Shown: piece after piece, positions 26,939 through 36,333 of the stretch
Layout: each line of letters starts with the position of its first letter
Numbering within the stretch: the stretch's first letter is position 1
Source of the DNA: an uncultured Chloroflexia bacterium
GTDB taxonomy: Bacteria > Chloroflexota > Limnocylindria > QHBO01
DNA length: 64,000 nucleotides
Direction: 5' to 3'
Assembly: GCA_963787025.1 (NCBI GenBank)
Contig: CAWBBG010000006.1
Location: 922 to 64,921, forward strand
Position numbers and translations under genes: made by a program
The notes under the pieces: model-generated
The model's database searches: none
Told to the model about the DNA's origin: nothing
What the model saw: only the letters and a program-made list of their open reading frames with translations

Positions 26939-28491
26939 ATGCCTGCCCGGTACGCGCACCTGCCGCTCACGGCCTTCCTCGCCGCCCTCGACGAATGGCG
27001 CGCGCGGCCGGTTGCCGCGGAGCGCCCCGCCCTCGAGCAGGCCCTGGCCGCCCTCGTGGAGCACACCGGGTTCCGGGGGGCGGCCGTGCTCCTCGACGCT
27101 CCCCCGCTGGTGCCGGTCGAGCTCCGGGCCGGTACCCTCGCCGCGCAGGCAGGGAGCGCGGGTGCCACGGGCGCGCAGATCATCGACCTGCCGCTGGTGA
27201 CGGAGATGACCGCGACGCCGGTGGGGACCATCCGGATCGACGGGGAGGGGGCGATCCCGCATGGACCGCTGGAGCTGGCCAACGCCATCGCCACGGCCAT
27301 CGAGGTGACCAGGGACCGGGAGCGCGCCCGACAAGCCGAGGCGCACCTCGCCGCTCTCGACGAGGCGGTCCGCGGCATCGCCTCGGTGCTCGACCTCGAT
27401 CGCGTGCTGCAACCGATCGTCGATCGCGTGCGCGGCCTTGTCCACGCCGACTACGCGGCGTTGGGCATCGTCAACGACGAGGCGATCATCGAGCTGTTCA
27501 TCACCAGCGGGCTCAGCCCGGGGATCGCGAGCGCATCGACCATCCGCCTCGCGGACACGGGCTCCTGGGTCTGATCATCCGCGAGGAGCGCCCGTTCCGT
27601 ATCGACGACATCGCGACCGATGAGCGGCGGTACGGGTTCCCGGCGAACCACCCGGAGATGCATCCCTTCCTGGGCGTGCCGGTCCCTTCCCTGGGACGGA
27701 CGGTGGGAAACCTCTACCTGACCCGGGGACCCGGCGGACGCCGCTTCACCTCGGATGACCAGGAGCTGGTCGGGCGGTTCGCGCTCCATGCCGGGATCGC
27801 CATCGAGAACGCCAGGCTCCACGACCGTGTCCAGCGCCTGACCATCGTCGAGGAGCGGGAGCGAATCGGCCGCGACCTCCATGACAGCATCATCCAGCGC
27901 CTGTACGGCATCGCGCTGTCGCTCGAGGACGTGCCGGACCTGGTGGCGGAGGACGAGGCGCTGGCGCGCGGCCGAATCGAGGGTGCCATCGAGGCCCTGA
28001 CCGGCACCATCCAGGAGATCCGCACCTTCGTCTTCGGCCTCCAGCCGGTTCCGCTCGACGAACGTGGGCCGGTGGCGGCACTCGAACAGCTCGCCGGTGA
28101 GATGAACCGCAACATTGGCCTGGAGGTCTCGGTCCGTGCTGAACCGGGAATCCGGCCCCCCATGGAGCAGGTCGCCGAACTCCTGAGCGTCGCTCGCGAG
28201 GCCCTCACCAACGTCGCACGCCACGCGGACGCGCGCGCGGCCGAGCTCGATCTGAGCGATGATGGGACCGCGTTTCGTCTCGAGGTCATCGATGATGGAC
28301 GCGGATTCGACGTGTCGGCCCCCGCCCCGGCGGGTCATCATGGGCTTGAGAACATGCGCCACCGAGCAGCGCGGCTGGGAGGAACACTCGAGGTCGTGAG
28401 CCACCGAGGACGCGGGACACGTATCATCCTCGCACTGCCGCATCGTGCGGAGTCCCCCGGTAACAGCCGGACGTCGGAGTCGGAAGTTTGA
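26939..28491 (+). pseudogene. GAF-domain sensor histidine kinase (HisKA_3/NarX-DevS type), one frame break in the GAF region
   Basis: The N-terminal part is in ORF 26867..27574 from ATG 26939 (...VLDLDRVLQPIVDRVRGLVHADYAALGIVNDEAIIELFITSGLSPG). After the G-run at 27520-27523 the sequence continues in ORF 26995..28491 (DRERIDHPPRGHGLLGLIIREERPFRIDDI...ERERIGRDLHDSIIQRL...HATPase). Confidence 0.85.
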
Positions 28492-29192
28492 CCGAGCAGG
28501 AAGAGAAGATGCCCACATCGGACACGGACGACCAGGGGACGCTGGCGCGACCCCTGCGGCTGCTGGTCGTCGACGATCATGAGGTGGTGCGCCAGGGACT
28601 CGTGGCGCTCCTGGACCGTCGCGACGAGTTCCAGGTCGTGGCCGAGGCCGGCACCATGGCCGAGTCGATCGCCGCCGCGCGGCGTTTCCAGCCGGATCTG
28701 GTCGTGATGGACGTGCGTCTCCCCGATGGGTCCGGCGTGGAGGCCTGCCGCGAGATCCGCTCCGAGCGCCCGGAGACCAAGGTCGTGATGCTCACCAGCT
28801 ACCCGGACGAGGAGGCGGTCCTCTCCGCGATCATCGCCGGGGCATCGGGCTACCTGCTCAAGCAGATCCGCGGCCGCGACCTGGTGGCCGCCCTGCAGTC
28901 CGTCGCGCGCGGTGACTCGCTCCTGGATCCCGGCGTGACCGAGCGCGTCCTCGAGCGGGTGCGACGTGCCGCCACCGGTGGCGAGCAGGACGAGCTCTCG
29001 CAGCTGACCGCACAGGAGCGCAAGATCCTGCTCCTCGTCGCCGAGGGAAAGACGAACAAGGAAATTGCCAGCGAGGTCTTCCTGTCCGACAAGACGGTGA
29101 AGAACTACGTCTCGTCGATCCTCTCCAAGCTGAACCTCGAGCGCCGCGCCCAGGCTGCCGCCTTCGTCGCCAAGCACCGCCTGGGCGAGTAG
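28488..29192 (+). CDS. NarL/LuxR-family response regulator (DevR-like)
   Basis: ORF 28488..29192 (234 aa). TTG start overlaps the kinase stop; the alternative ATG is at 28509. Receiver LRLLVVDDHEVVRQGL...VVMDVRLPDGSG and HTH LTAQERKILLLVAEGKTNKEIASEVFLSDKTVKNYVSSILSKL. Confidence 0.92.
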   Translation: MTEQEEKMPTSDTDDQGTLARPLRLLVVDDHEVVRQGLVALLDRRDEFQVVAEAGTMAESIAAARRFQPDLVVMDVRLPDGSGVEACREIRSERPETKVVMLTSYPDEEAVLSAIIAGASGYLLKQIRGRDLVAALQSVARGDSLLDPGVTERVLERVRRAATGGEQDELSQLTAQERKILLLVAEGKTNKEIASEVFLSDKTVKNYVSSILSKLNLERRAQAAAFVAKHRLGE

Positions 29193-29207
29193 ACCCGCTC
29201 CGGGTCA

Positions 29208-30506
29208 TCAGCGCCGGCCGACGGCCATCCCCAGCAGCGCCACGGCGACCGACACGGCCGCAACGGCGATGGCCGTTCCGAGGATCGCAAGGGCCGCGTT
29301 GCCGGTCAGGAGACCGGCGCCGAGAAGCAGTGCACCGCCATTGATGGAGGCCAGCCGTGCCCTGGGCCAGCGACCCAGGATGCGGCGCTGCGCAGCGTGG
29401 CGGGCAGGGTCTCCGGGACCCACCGCGGGCGCGAGGTGGCTCCAGGAGCCGATGAGCACCTGGATGACGCACCCCACCACGAGCGGACCCATGAGCCGGT
29501 CGACCGACCAGCCCGCCGGATCCGCGCCGGAGACGAGGACAGCCGCCGCGGCGACGGCGACGCCTGCCGCCAGCCACGCGGTGCCGGCCGACAGGTGGCC
29601 GATGGTGAGGCGGTGCCAGTCGAGGTCCGTGGTCCACCGCCCGCGCGGACGGGCATTGCCGGCCCCGGTGACGAGCATCGCGGCGGCCCCAGCGACGGCC
29701 AGGGCGGCTCCCAGGCGTGCGACGCCGTCACTGCGCAGCGCATAGCCCAGGGCCACCAGCGCCGGACCGGCCGACAGCCCGCCCACGAGAATCACGAGGG
29801 TCCGGCTGGGGATGATGCGTGAGCCGACAACCGTGGGGAACAGGTGGATGAGCGTCGCGGCGATGACCAGGGTCACGAAGCCGACGAGATTCAGCCAGGC
29901 GTGCGCCGGCTCGAGCCACGCCCAGCGCTCCACGATGGCCGGCACGCCGGCCAGGCGGAGCCCCGCCAGGCTGACGCCCACGGCAACCTCCGCGAGGGCG
30001 AGCCCATAGGCCAGCTCGACGATTCCGCCACGACGCGCCAGGCCAGCGCGGGTCGGCAGGAACGCCGCCGCCGCCGTGCCCGCCACCCCCGAGATGAAGA
30101 CGACCGCGCCCGCCGCGCCGATACCGGATGCGCCGGTCGAGACGCCGATCACGCCGAGCAGGACGCCGGTGGCCAGCAGAGAGAGGGCGCCGGCACGCCA
30201 GCGTGGCTGGGCCGGACGGCTCGCCGACAGGGAGACCGTGAAGTGCGGCAGGAGCGCCCCGATCGCCAGGCCCGCGCCGCCGGCGAGGACCAGGTGCAGC
30301 GCCACCCAGCGGGCCGATCCGACCACGCCGGTCAGCCAAACGACGATGGCCGCCACGAGGAATCCGGCAGCGCCGACCATGCCTGCAACCACGACGCGGC
30401 GCTCTGCACCACGGTCGATGGCCGCCCGCGCGGAAGCCGCGCGCGGCGAGATGGGGACCGGACGCGACGATGGCGCGTCAGCGTCGCTCGCGGAAGGTCG
30501 CTGCAT
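29208..30506 (-). CDS. hypothetical polytopic membrane protein (about 12 TM) with His residues in or near helices
   Basis: ORF 29208..30506 (432 aa). Ala/Gly/Leu-rich helices. Recurrent His contexts are ALHLVLAGG, LPHFTV, EPAHAWLNLVGFVTLVIAATLIHLFPT and GSWSHLAP. I recognise no family. Confidence 0.6.
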   Translation of the reverse strand: MQRPSASDADAPSSRPVPISPRAASARAAIDRGAERRVVVAGMVGAAGFLVAAIVVWLTGVVGSARWVALHLVLAGGAGLAIGALLPHFTVSLSASRPAQPRWRAGALSLLATGVLLGVIGVSTGASGIGAAGAVVFISGVAGTAAAAFLPTRAGLARRGGIVELAYGLALAEVAVGVSLAGLRLAGVPAIVERWAWLEPAHAWLNLVGFVTLVIAATLIHLFPTVVGSRIIPSRTLVILVGGLSAGPALVALGYALRSDGVARLGAALAVAGAAAMLVTGAGNARPRGRWTTDLDWHRLTIGHLSAGTAWLAAGVAVAAAAVLVSGADPAGWSVDRLMGPLVVGCVIQVLIGSWSHLAPAVGPGDPARHAAQRRILGRWPRARLASINGGALLLGAGLLTGNAALAILGTAIAVAAVSVAVALLGMAVGRR

Positions 30507-30566
30507 GCCGATCAGTATCGAGCCGGCATCGCATCCTGGTGTCCGGACCGGGGTAGACTCCGCCCC

Positions 30567-31835
30567 GTGCCGGACGACCCCACCCCATCAGAGACCGGCG
30601 CGCGACCGGTGGCACAGGACTGGCGCGCCCTGCTGGCCATCTACGCCATCACCTCCCTGGTGGAGGCGCTGGGTGTCAGCCAGGTCTTCGCATTCCTGCC
30701 CCTCCGACTGCGGGAGGTCGGTGTCCCCGAGGACCAGGTCATTCCGCTCACGGGCCTGTTCACCGCCCTGATCTTCGTCTTCGGGATCTTCCTGGTCCCC
30801 TTCTGGGGCGTCTGGGCCGACAAGATCAGCCGCCGCGCGGTGATCGTGCGCAGCGCGATCGTCGAGACGGTGGTCTTCGCCGGCGTCGCGCTGGCCGCTC
30901 AGCCCTGGCAGCTGGCCGCGGCGCTCCTGCTCACCGGTCTCCAGCTGGGAAACACCGGGGTCATGCTCGCCGCGCTCCGCGACGTGGCTCCGCCACGACG
31001 CATCGGGACGATCAGCGCGGCCTTTGGTGCGATGAGCCCGGTCGGGTTCGCCATCGGCCCCGTGCTTGGCGGTTTCATGGTGGACGGCCTGCACCTGCCG
31101 CTCTCCGCCGTCTTCTGGAGCGGTTCCGCGCTCTCCATCGGAATCGTGGTGCTGCTCCTGGGAGCCTCGCGCGAGGTGCGCCCCGAGGTGGTGCCCGCCG
31201 GTCGCACGCTGACCCTTGCGATCGACGCCGTGCGCGGCACGCTCGGCGACCCCACCGTGCGTCGCCTGTTCGCGATCTTCGGCGTCGCGATCCTCGGCAA
31301 CCAGATGATCCGGCCCTATCTGCCGCTCATCGTCCAGAACCTGGTCGGGCTGGGACCGGGGCTGGCAAGCGCCATCGGCCTCGTGGTGGGAACGGTGGCC
31401 CTGGCCGGCGCCCTGGTCTCGCCGCTCAGCGGACCGCTCGGTGATCGCATCGGTCTACGGCCCGTGCTGGTCGGCGCGCTCGTGCTCGACGGGCTGGCGA
31501 TCGCCCCCATGCCCTTCACCGGCACGTTGGCGCTGCTGGCGCTCCTTGGCTTCGTCTACGCCGCCTCGTATGCGGCGGTGCAGGCCATGATCTTCGCCCT
31601 GGTCGCCACCGAGGCGCCTCCCGAGCGTCGGTCCGCCACCCTGAACCTGGTGCTCCTGCCGCTGTACGTGGCCGGGATCGTGGGACCCAGCCTGGCGGCC
31701 GGCCTGGCGGCGACCGCCGGTCTGAGCGCCCTCTACCCGGTGGCCGGCGGGTTCATGGTCGTCAGCGCGCTGATCCTCGCCGGCGTTGTTCGCCCGCGGC
31801 GACGCAGGGCCGCGGAGGCCGTCGCCGGGGACTAG
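30567..31835 (+). CDS. MFS transporter
   Basis: Inside ORF 29844..31835. The credible start is GTG 30567 (VPDDPTPSETGARPVAQDWRALLAIYAITSLVEALG). There are 12 hydrophobic segments and an MFS loop motif GVWADKISRRAV. Confidence 0.85.
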   Translation: MPDDPTPSETGARPVAQDWRALLAIYAITSLVEALGVSQVFAFLPLRLREVGVPEDQVIPLTGLFTALIFVFGIFLVPFWGVWADKISRRAVIVRSAIVETVVFAGVALAAQPWQLAAALLLTGLQLGNTGVMLAALRDVAPPRRIGTISAAFGAMSPVGFAIGPVLGGFMVDGLHLPLSAVFWSGSALSIGIVVLLLGASREVRPEVVPAGRTLTLAIDAVRGTLGDPTVRRLFAIFGVAILGNQMIRPYLPLIVQNLVGLGPGLASAIGLVVGTVALAGALVSPLSGPLGDRIGLRPVLVGALVLDGLAIAPMPFTGTLALLALLGFVYAASYAAVQAMIFALVATEAPPERRSATLNLVLLPLYVAGIVGPSLAAGLAATAGLSALYPVAGGFMVVSALILAGVVRPRRRRAAEAVAGD

Positions 31836-31850
31836 CGCGGCCTGCCCCTC

Positions 31851-33062
31851 TCACGCGTCGCCGTCGACCAGGGTCCGGTAGAGCGCGACCGTCTGGTCCG
31901 CGATCGCGCGCCAGCTGAAGCGTTCGACCGCCCGCTGCCGCCCCGCCGTGCCCATGGCGGCCCGCCGCGACGGGTCGGCGACCAGCTCGTTGATCGCCGC
32001 TGCCATGGCCCGCGCGTAGGCCCCCGGGTCGGCCGGCGCCATCGGCTCATCCGAACGCAGCTCGAGGGGGACCAGGAGCCCGGTCGCCCCGTCGACCACC
32101 ACCTCCGGGATCCCGCCAACGTCGCTGGCCACCACGGGGGTCCCGCAGGCCATCGCCTCCAGGTTGATGATCCCGAACGGCTCGTAGACCGATGGGCAGC
32201 AGAAGACGGCCGCGTGGCTGTACAGCTGAACCTTGGTCCGCAGATCGAGCATCTCCGGGATCCAGGTCACGCTCCCGTGCTCGGCCTGGGCGGCGGCCAC
32301 ACCCGCCGCCATCTCCGCGCCGATCTCCTTCGTGTCAGGCTGGCCGGCCGCGAGCACCACGCCGATGCCGGGGTCCAGGTGCCGGATGGCCCGCACGAGG
32401 TGGATGATCCCCTTCTGCCGCGTCACGCGACCCACGAAGAGCACGTAGGGTCGCTCCGGGTCGATCCCGCGCGCCGCGAGCGCATCGGTCTGGTCGGTGC
32501 GGGCGTACTCCGCCGCGTCGATCCCGTTGTGGATGACGTGAATCCGCTCCTCCGGCACCGCGAACAGACTGAGCACGTCGGCGCGGGTGCCGGCACTGAC
32601 CGCGACGACCGCGTCCGCCATCTCCAGCGCGGTTCGCTCGATCCAGGTCGAGATGTCGTAGCCGCCGCCCAGCTGTTCACGCTTCCATGGCCGTAGCGGC
32701 TCGAGCGAGTGCACGGTGATGACCAGCGGGATGCCGTAGGCGAGCTTGGCGAGAATCCCGGCCAGGTGGGTGTACCAGGTGTGGCAGTGCACCAGGTCCG
32801 CGTCGACCGGCTCCACCACCAGGCCGACATCCCGGCTCAGGGTTCCCCACAGCCCTCGGAGCTGCTCCGGCGCCGCGCTCACGTCGTGGGCGGGCGGATA
32901 GGCGCGCACCTGCCAGCCGTTCTCGTCGGCGGACGCGCCGGCGAAGCTGCGGAGATCCACCTCGACCAGGCGCCGCAGCTCGCGGGTCAGATAATCGACG
33001 TGCACGCCGGCCCCGCCATACACGTGGGGCGGATACTCGTTGGTCAGCAGGAGTGCGCGCAT
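31851..33062 (-). CDS. GT4 glycosyltransferase of the corynebacterial-type glycogen synthase / alpha-maltose-1-phosphate synthase (GlgM/GlgA-like) group
   Basis: ORF 31851..33071 (TTG); ATG at 33062 gives MRALLLTNEYPPHVYGGAGVHVDYLTRELR. C-terminal GT4 motif EPFGIINLEAMACGTPVVASDVGGIPEVV. Confidence 0.8.
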   Translation of the reverse strand: MRALLLTNEYPPHVYGGAGVHVDYLTRELRRLVEVDLRSFAGASADENGWQVRAYPPAHDVSAAPEQLRGLWGTLSRDVGLVVEPVDADLVHCHTWYTHLAGILAKLAYGIPLVITVHSLEPLRPWKREQLGGGYDISTWIERTALEMADAVVAVSAGTRADVLSLFAVPEERIHVIHNGIDAAEYARTDQTDALAARGIDPERPYVLFVGRVTRQKGIIHLVRAIRHLDPGIGVVLAAGQPDTKEIGAEMAAGVAAAQAEHGSVTWIPEMLDLRTKVQLYSHAAVFCCPSVYEPFGIINLEAMACGTPVVASDVGGIPEVVVDGATGLLVPLELRSDEPMAPADPGAYARAMAAAINELVADPSRRAAMGTAGRQRAVERFSWRAIADQTVALYRTLVDGDA

Positions 33063-33130
33063 ACGGCGCAAGAGTAGCGCCGCCGTGACATGCGTCGTGC
33101 CGCTTCGGGCCGTTTGGCCCCGAGCGACCG

Positions 33131-33149
33131 GATACTCCCCAGTAGTATC
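33131..33149. promoter_or_regulatory. inverted repeat upstream of copA, a candidate copper-repressor (CsoR-type) operator
   Basis: GATACT-ccccagt-AGTATC (6-bp perfect arms) ends 8 nt before the copA ATG. The C-rich core and ATAC/GTAT ends resemble CsoR/RicR boxes. Confidence 0.35.
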
Positions 33150-33157
33150 ATGGCGAC

Positions 33158-35467
33158 ATGACCGTTGAACTCACCACGCCACCGCCCACCGCTGCCGCGG
33201 GCGACACCGCGACCGAGGTGACCATCCCCGTCATCGGGATGACGTGCGCCAGCTGCGTCAATCGTATCGAGCGGTTCCTCAACCGCGCCGATGGCGTGGC
33301 CGAGGCGACCGTCAACCTCGCCTCGGAGCGCGCCACGGTGCGCTTCGACTCGGCGCTCATCGACCGGGACGCGATCGTCAAGACCATCGAGTCCGCCGGG
33401 TACGAGGTGGCCGCCGAGCAGCCGGTCGGCGGCGTCACGGAGGCGGGGGCCGCCGAGCGGGCAGATGCCGCGGAGACGGCACAGCGTGCCGCCGAGCAGC
33501 GGGAGCTCATCACCGGTGCGGTGCTGGCCAGCGCAACCGGGCTGGTCATGATGGCGGTCATGCTCTGGCCCGGCGGCGTGCCATGGCCCATGGAGCACGT
33601 GAACGTCTGGCTCCTGGTCCCGGCCACCCTGGTCGAGTTCATCCTCGGGCGGCGTTTCCTGGTCCGGGCGGCCAAGGGCCTTCCCCACCTCGACCTGACC
33701 ATGGACACCCTGGTTGCCATGGGCACCCTTGCCGCCTACGGCTACTCGCTGTTCATCACGCTCATGCCGGATGTCGTCACCTCGGCGGGGCTGAGCCTGG
33801 AGACGTACTTCGATTCTGCCGCGGTCATCATCGGCCTCGTCCTGTTCGGGCGTTGGCTCGAGGCACGGGCGAAGGGACAGGCCGCCGGGGCGGTGAAGGC
33901 CCTCCTGCGGCTGCGGCCGCAGACGGCGCGCGTGATCCGTGACGGGCGCGAGATGGACATCGCCGTCGAGGAGGTCCGTGCCGGTGATCTCGTCCGCGTC
34001 CGACCCGGTGACAAGGTCCCGGTGGACGGCACCATCATCGAGGGCGCGTCGGCGCTCGACGAGTCGATGCTCACGGGCGAGCCGCTCCCCGTGGAGAAGA
34101 CCGTGGGGGCGACGGTGATCGGGGCCACACTCAACACCTCCGGCTCGTTCGTCATGCGCGCCGAGCGCGTGGGGCGCGACACCGCGCTGGCCCAGATCGT
34201 GGCCCTCGTCGAGCGTGCACAGGGCTCGAAGGCGCCCATCCAGCGCGTGGCCGATGCCGTCACCGGCTGGTTCGTGCCGGCGGTGGTCGGGGCTGCGACG
34301 CTCACCTTCATCATCTGGATGCTCATCGGGCCCGAGCCGCGGCTGCCGTTCGGGCTGGCGAGCGCCATCGCCGTGTTGATCATCGCCTGCCCGTGCGCCA
34401 TGGGCCTGGCGACGCCGACGGCCATCATGGTCGGCACCGGGAAGGGGGCCGAGCACGGGATCCTGGTGCGCGACGGGGGCGCGCTCGAGAATGCCCAGCG
34501 CATCACGGCCATCGTCCTGGACAAGACGGGGACCATCACCCGCGGCCGGCCGGAGGTGACCAACGTCATCGCGGCGGCCGGCGTGGACGACCGCGAGCTC
34601 CTGGGGCTCGCGGCGTCGGTGGAGCGCGGAAGCGAGCATCCCATCGCCGAGGCGATCGTCCGCCGAGCAGAGGCCGATGGGCTCGAGACCACGCCGGTCG
34701 AGGACTTCGCCGCCCTTGCCGGGCTGGGCGCCACGGCGCGGTCGAGTGATCGCGTCCTGCGCATCGGCTCCGCCCGTCTCGTGGCGGAGGCCGGCATTGA
34801 CCCGGAACCCTTCGCCGCGATCGCGGAGCAGGCGGAGGCCATTGGCCAGACCGCCGTCTACGTCGCCCGCGACGACGCGCTCCTGGGGGTAATGACCATC
34901 GCGGACACGGTGAAACCGGAGTCCGTCGAGGCGATCCGCCGGCTGCACGACACCGGGCTCGACGTGTGGATGATCACCGGCGACCGGCGCGGCGCGGCGG
35001 TCGCCATAGGAGCCGCGGTTGGGATCACCCCGGAGCGGATCCTGGCCGAGGTGCTGCCCGACCAGAAGGCGGCCAAGGTCGCAGAGCTGCAGGCCGCCGG
35101 AGCCGTGGTCGCCATGGTGGGCGACGGCATCAACGACGCGCCCGCCCTGGCGCAGGCCGACCTGGGCATCGCCATCGGGACCGGGGCCGACGTGGCACTC
35201 GAGGCGAGCGACATCACGCTGGTCGGCGACGACCTGCGCGGCGTGCCGACCGCCGTGCGCCTCTCGCGCGCCACCATGCGCACGATCCGGCAGAACCTGG
35301 CATGGGCGTTCGGATACAACATCCTGCTCATCCCCGTCGCCGCCGGCGTGCTCTACCCGCTGACCGGCTGGCAGCTGTCGCCCGCCCTGGCCGCTGGCGC
35401 AATGGCCATCTCGAGCGTCAGCGTCGTCAGCAACTCGCTGCGACTGCGCGGCTTCCGAGTCGCCTGA
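33158..35467 (+). CDS. copA: copper-translocating P1B-type ATPase
   Basis: ORF 33158..35467 (769 aa). HMA domain [15 protein letters not shown] motif [30 protein letters not shown]. Confidence 0.95.
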   Translation: MTVELTTPPPTAAAGDTATEVTIPVIGMTCASCVNRIERFLNRADGVAEATVNLASERATVRFDSALIDRDAIVKTIESAGYEVAAEQPVGGVTEAGAAERADAAETAQRAAEQRELITGAVLASATGLVMMAVMLWPGGVPWPMEHVNVWLLVPATLVEFILGRRFLVRAAKGLPHLDLTMDTLVAMGTLAAYGYSLFITLMPDVVTSAGLSLETYFDSAAVIIGLVLFGRWLEARAKGQAAGAVKALLRLRPQTARVIRDGREMDIAVEEVRAGDLVRVRPGDKVPVDGTIIEGASALDESMLTGEPLPVEKTVGATVIGATLNTSGSFVMRAERVGRDTALAQIVALVERAQGSKAPIQRVADAVTGWFVPAVVGAATLTFIIWMLIGPEPRLPFGLASAIAVLIIACPCAMGLATPTAIMVGTGKGAEHGILVRDGGALENAQRITAIVLDKTGTITRGRPEVTNVIAAAGVDDRELLGLAASVERGSEHPIAEAIVRRAEADGLETTPVEDFAALAGLGATARSSDRVLRIGSARLVAEAGIDPEPFAAIAEQAEAIGQTAVYVARDDALLGVMTIADTVKPESVEAIRRLHDTGLDVWMITGDRRGAAVAIGAAVGITPERILAEVLPDQKAAKVAELQAAGAVVAMVGDGINDAPALAQADLGIAIGTGADVALEASDITLVGDDLRGVPTAVRLSRATMRTIRQNLAWAFGYNILLIPVAAGVLYPLTGWQLSPALAAGAMAISSVSVVSNSLRLRGFRVA

Positions 35468-35531
35468 CGCCCACACCAATCGCGAACGACCAAGCCAATC
35501 GCACGACGCGTAACAAGGAGATACCGATCCC

Positions 35532-35720
35532 ATGACCGAGACCCAGACCGCCAAGGACCCCGTCTGCGGGATGCAGGTCAGCCCGGAGGTGGCCACCGCC
35601 AAGGGGCTCACCGCGGAGCACGAGGGCGAGACCTACTACTTCTGCGGGAAGGGCTGCCAGCTCGACTTCGTGGACGATCCGCGGCCGTATCTCGAGCCGG
35701 GGTACGAGCCACACATGTAG
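35532..35720 (+). CDS. YHS/TRASH-domain small metal-binding protein
   Basis: ORF 35532..35720 (62 aa). DPVCGMQV...YYFCGKGCQLDF, the usual companion of copper ATPases. Confidence 0.85.
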   Translation: MTETQTAKDPVCGMQVSPEVATAKGLTAEHEGETYYFCGKGCQLDFVDDPRPYLEPGYEPHM

Positions 35721-35737
35721 GTCCGGTTCGAGGTTCC

Positions 35738-35759
35738 GCCCCGGCCGGCGCGCCGGGGC
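35738..35759 (+). terminator. GC-rich hairpin after the YHS gene (terminator-like, no U-tract)
   Basis: gccccggc (35738-35745) pairs with gccggggc (35752-35759) around a 6-nt loop, 18 nt after the stop codon. Confidence 0.4.
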
Positions 35760-35794
35760 GAACAGGGAGCGGGCCAGCGCTGATCCCGCACCGC

Positions 35795-35844
35795 TTGACG
35801 CTCCCCGGTGCACGCCAGATAATTCGGGATAACCGAACTATCTG
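35795..35844 (+). promoter_or_regulatory. sigma-70-like promoter plus 29-bp near-perfect palindrome, the likely MarR operator of the marR-RND operon
   Basis: TTGACG (35795-35800), 17 nt, GATAAT (35818-35823). Palindrome CAGATAATTCGG-GATAA-CCGAACTATCTG (35816-35844, 11/12 arm matches) overlaps the -10 and ends at the GTG of the marR ORF. Confidence 0.6.
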
Positions 35845-36333
35845 GTGGCACTGAACATTCCGCATTCACCGAAGGGCCCGGTGGGCGCGCGCGCGGTCGA
35901 CCGGACGATGGAGGCATACGAACGCTTCCACCGCCGCATCGCCGCGCTCCACGCTCCCGAGGTCGCCGACCTCCACGTGACGCTCGCACAGATCAAGACC
36001 CTCTACCTGGTCGCGGCCAGCGGACCAATCCGCATCAGCGCGCTCGCCGTACGACTGGGTACCGCGGTCTCGACGACGAGCGGCGTCGTCGACCGACTGG
36101 TGGGGATCGGCCTGCTGGAGCGCTGCGAAGATGCGTCTGACCGCCGGCAGGTCCTCGTGAGTGCCACGCACAAAGCCATTCAGCAGCTGGAGGACATGTC
36201 CGAACTGGGGCGTGAACGGATGCGCGAGCTCCTCCTGCGCCTCCCGACCGCGGACGACGTCGCAACCGTCGAGCAGGCCCTGAGCCTTCTGGCGGATGCG
36301 GCGGCCAGCCTCACAGGGGACACCGACCAATGA
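35845..36333 (+). CDS. MarR family transcriptional regulator
   Basis: ORF 35845..36333 (162 aa, GTG). Alternative ATG at 35908 (MEAYERF). LAQIKTLYLVAASGPIRISALAVRLGTAVSTTSGVVDRLVGIGLLERCEDASDRRQV. ATGA overlap with the RND gene. Confidence 0.85.
   Translation: MALNIPHSPKGPVGARAVDRTMEAYERFHRRIAALHAPEVADLHVTLAQIKTLYLVAASGPIRISALAVRLGTAVSTTSGVVDRLVGIGLLERCEDASDRRQVLVSATHKAIQQLEDMSELGRERMRELLLRLPTADDVATVEQALSLLADAAASLTGDTDQ

Noticed and set aside
35721-35745. tRNA-like T-loop string ggttcgagg after the YHS gene
   Set aside because: No complementary T-stem, acceptor stem or anticodon arm can be drawn. The adjacent GC hairpin is better read as a terminator.
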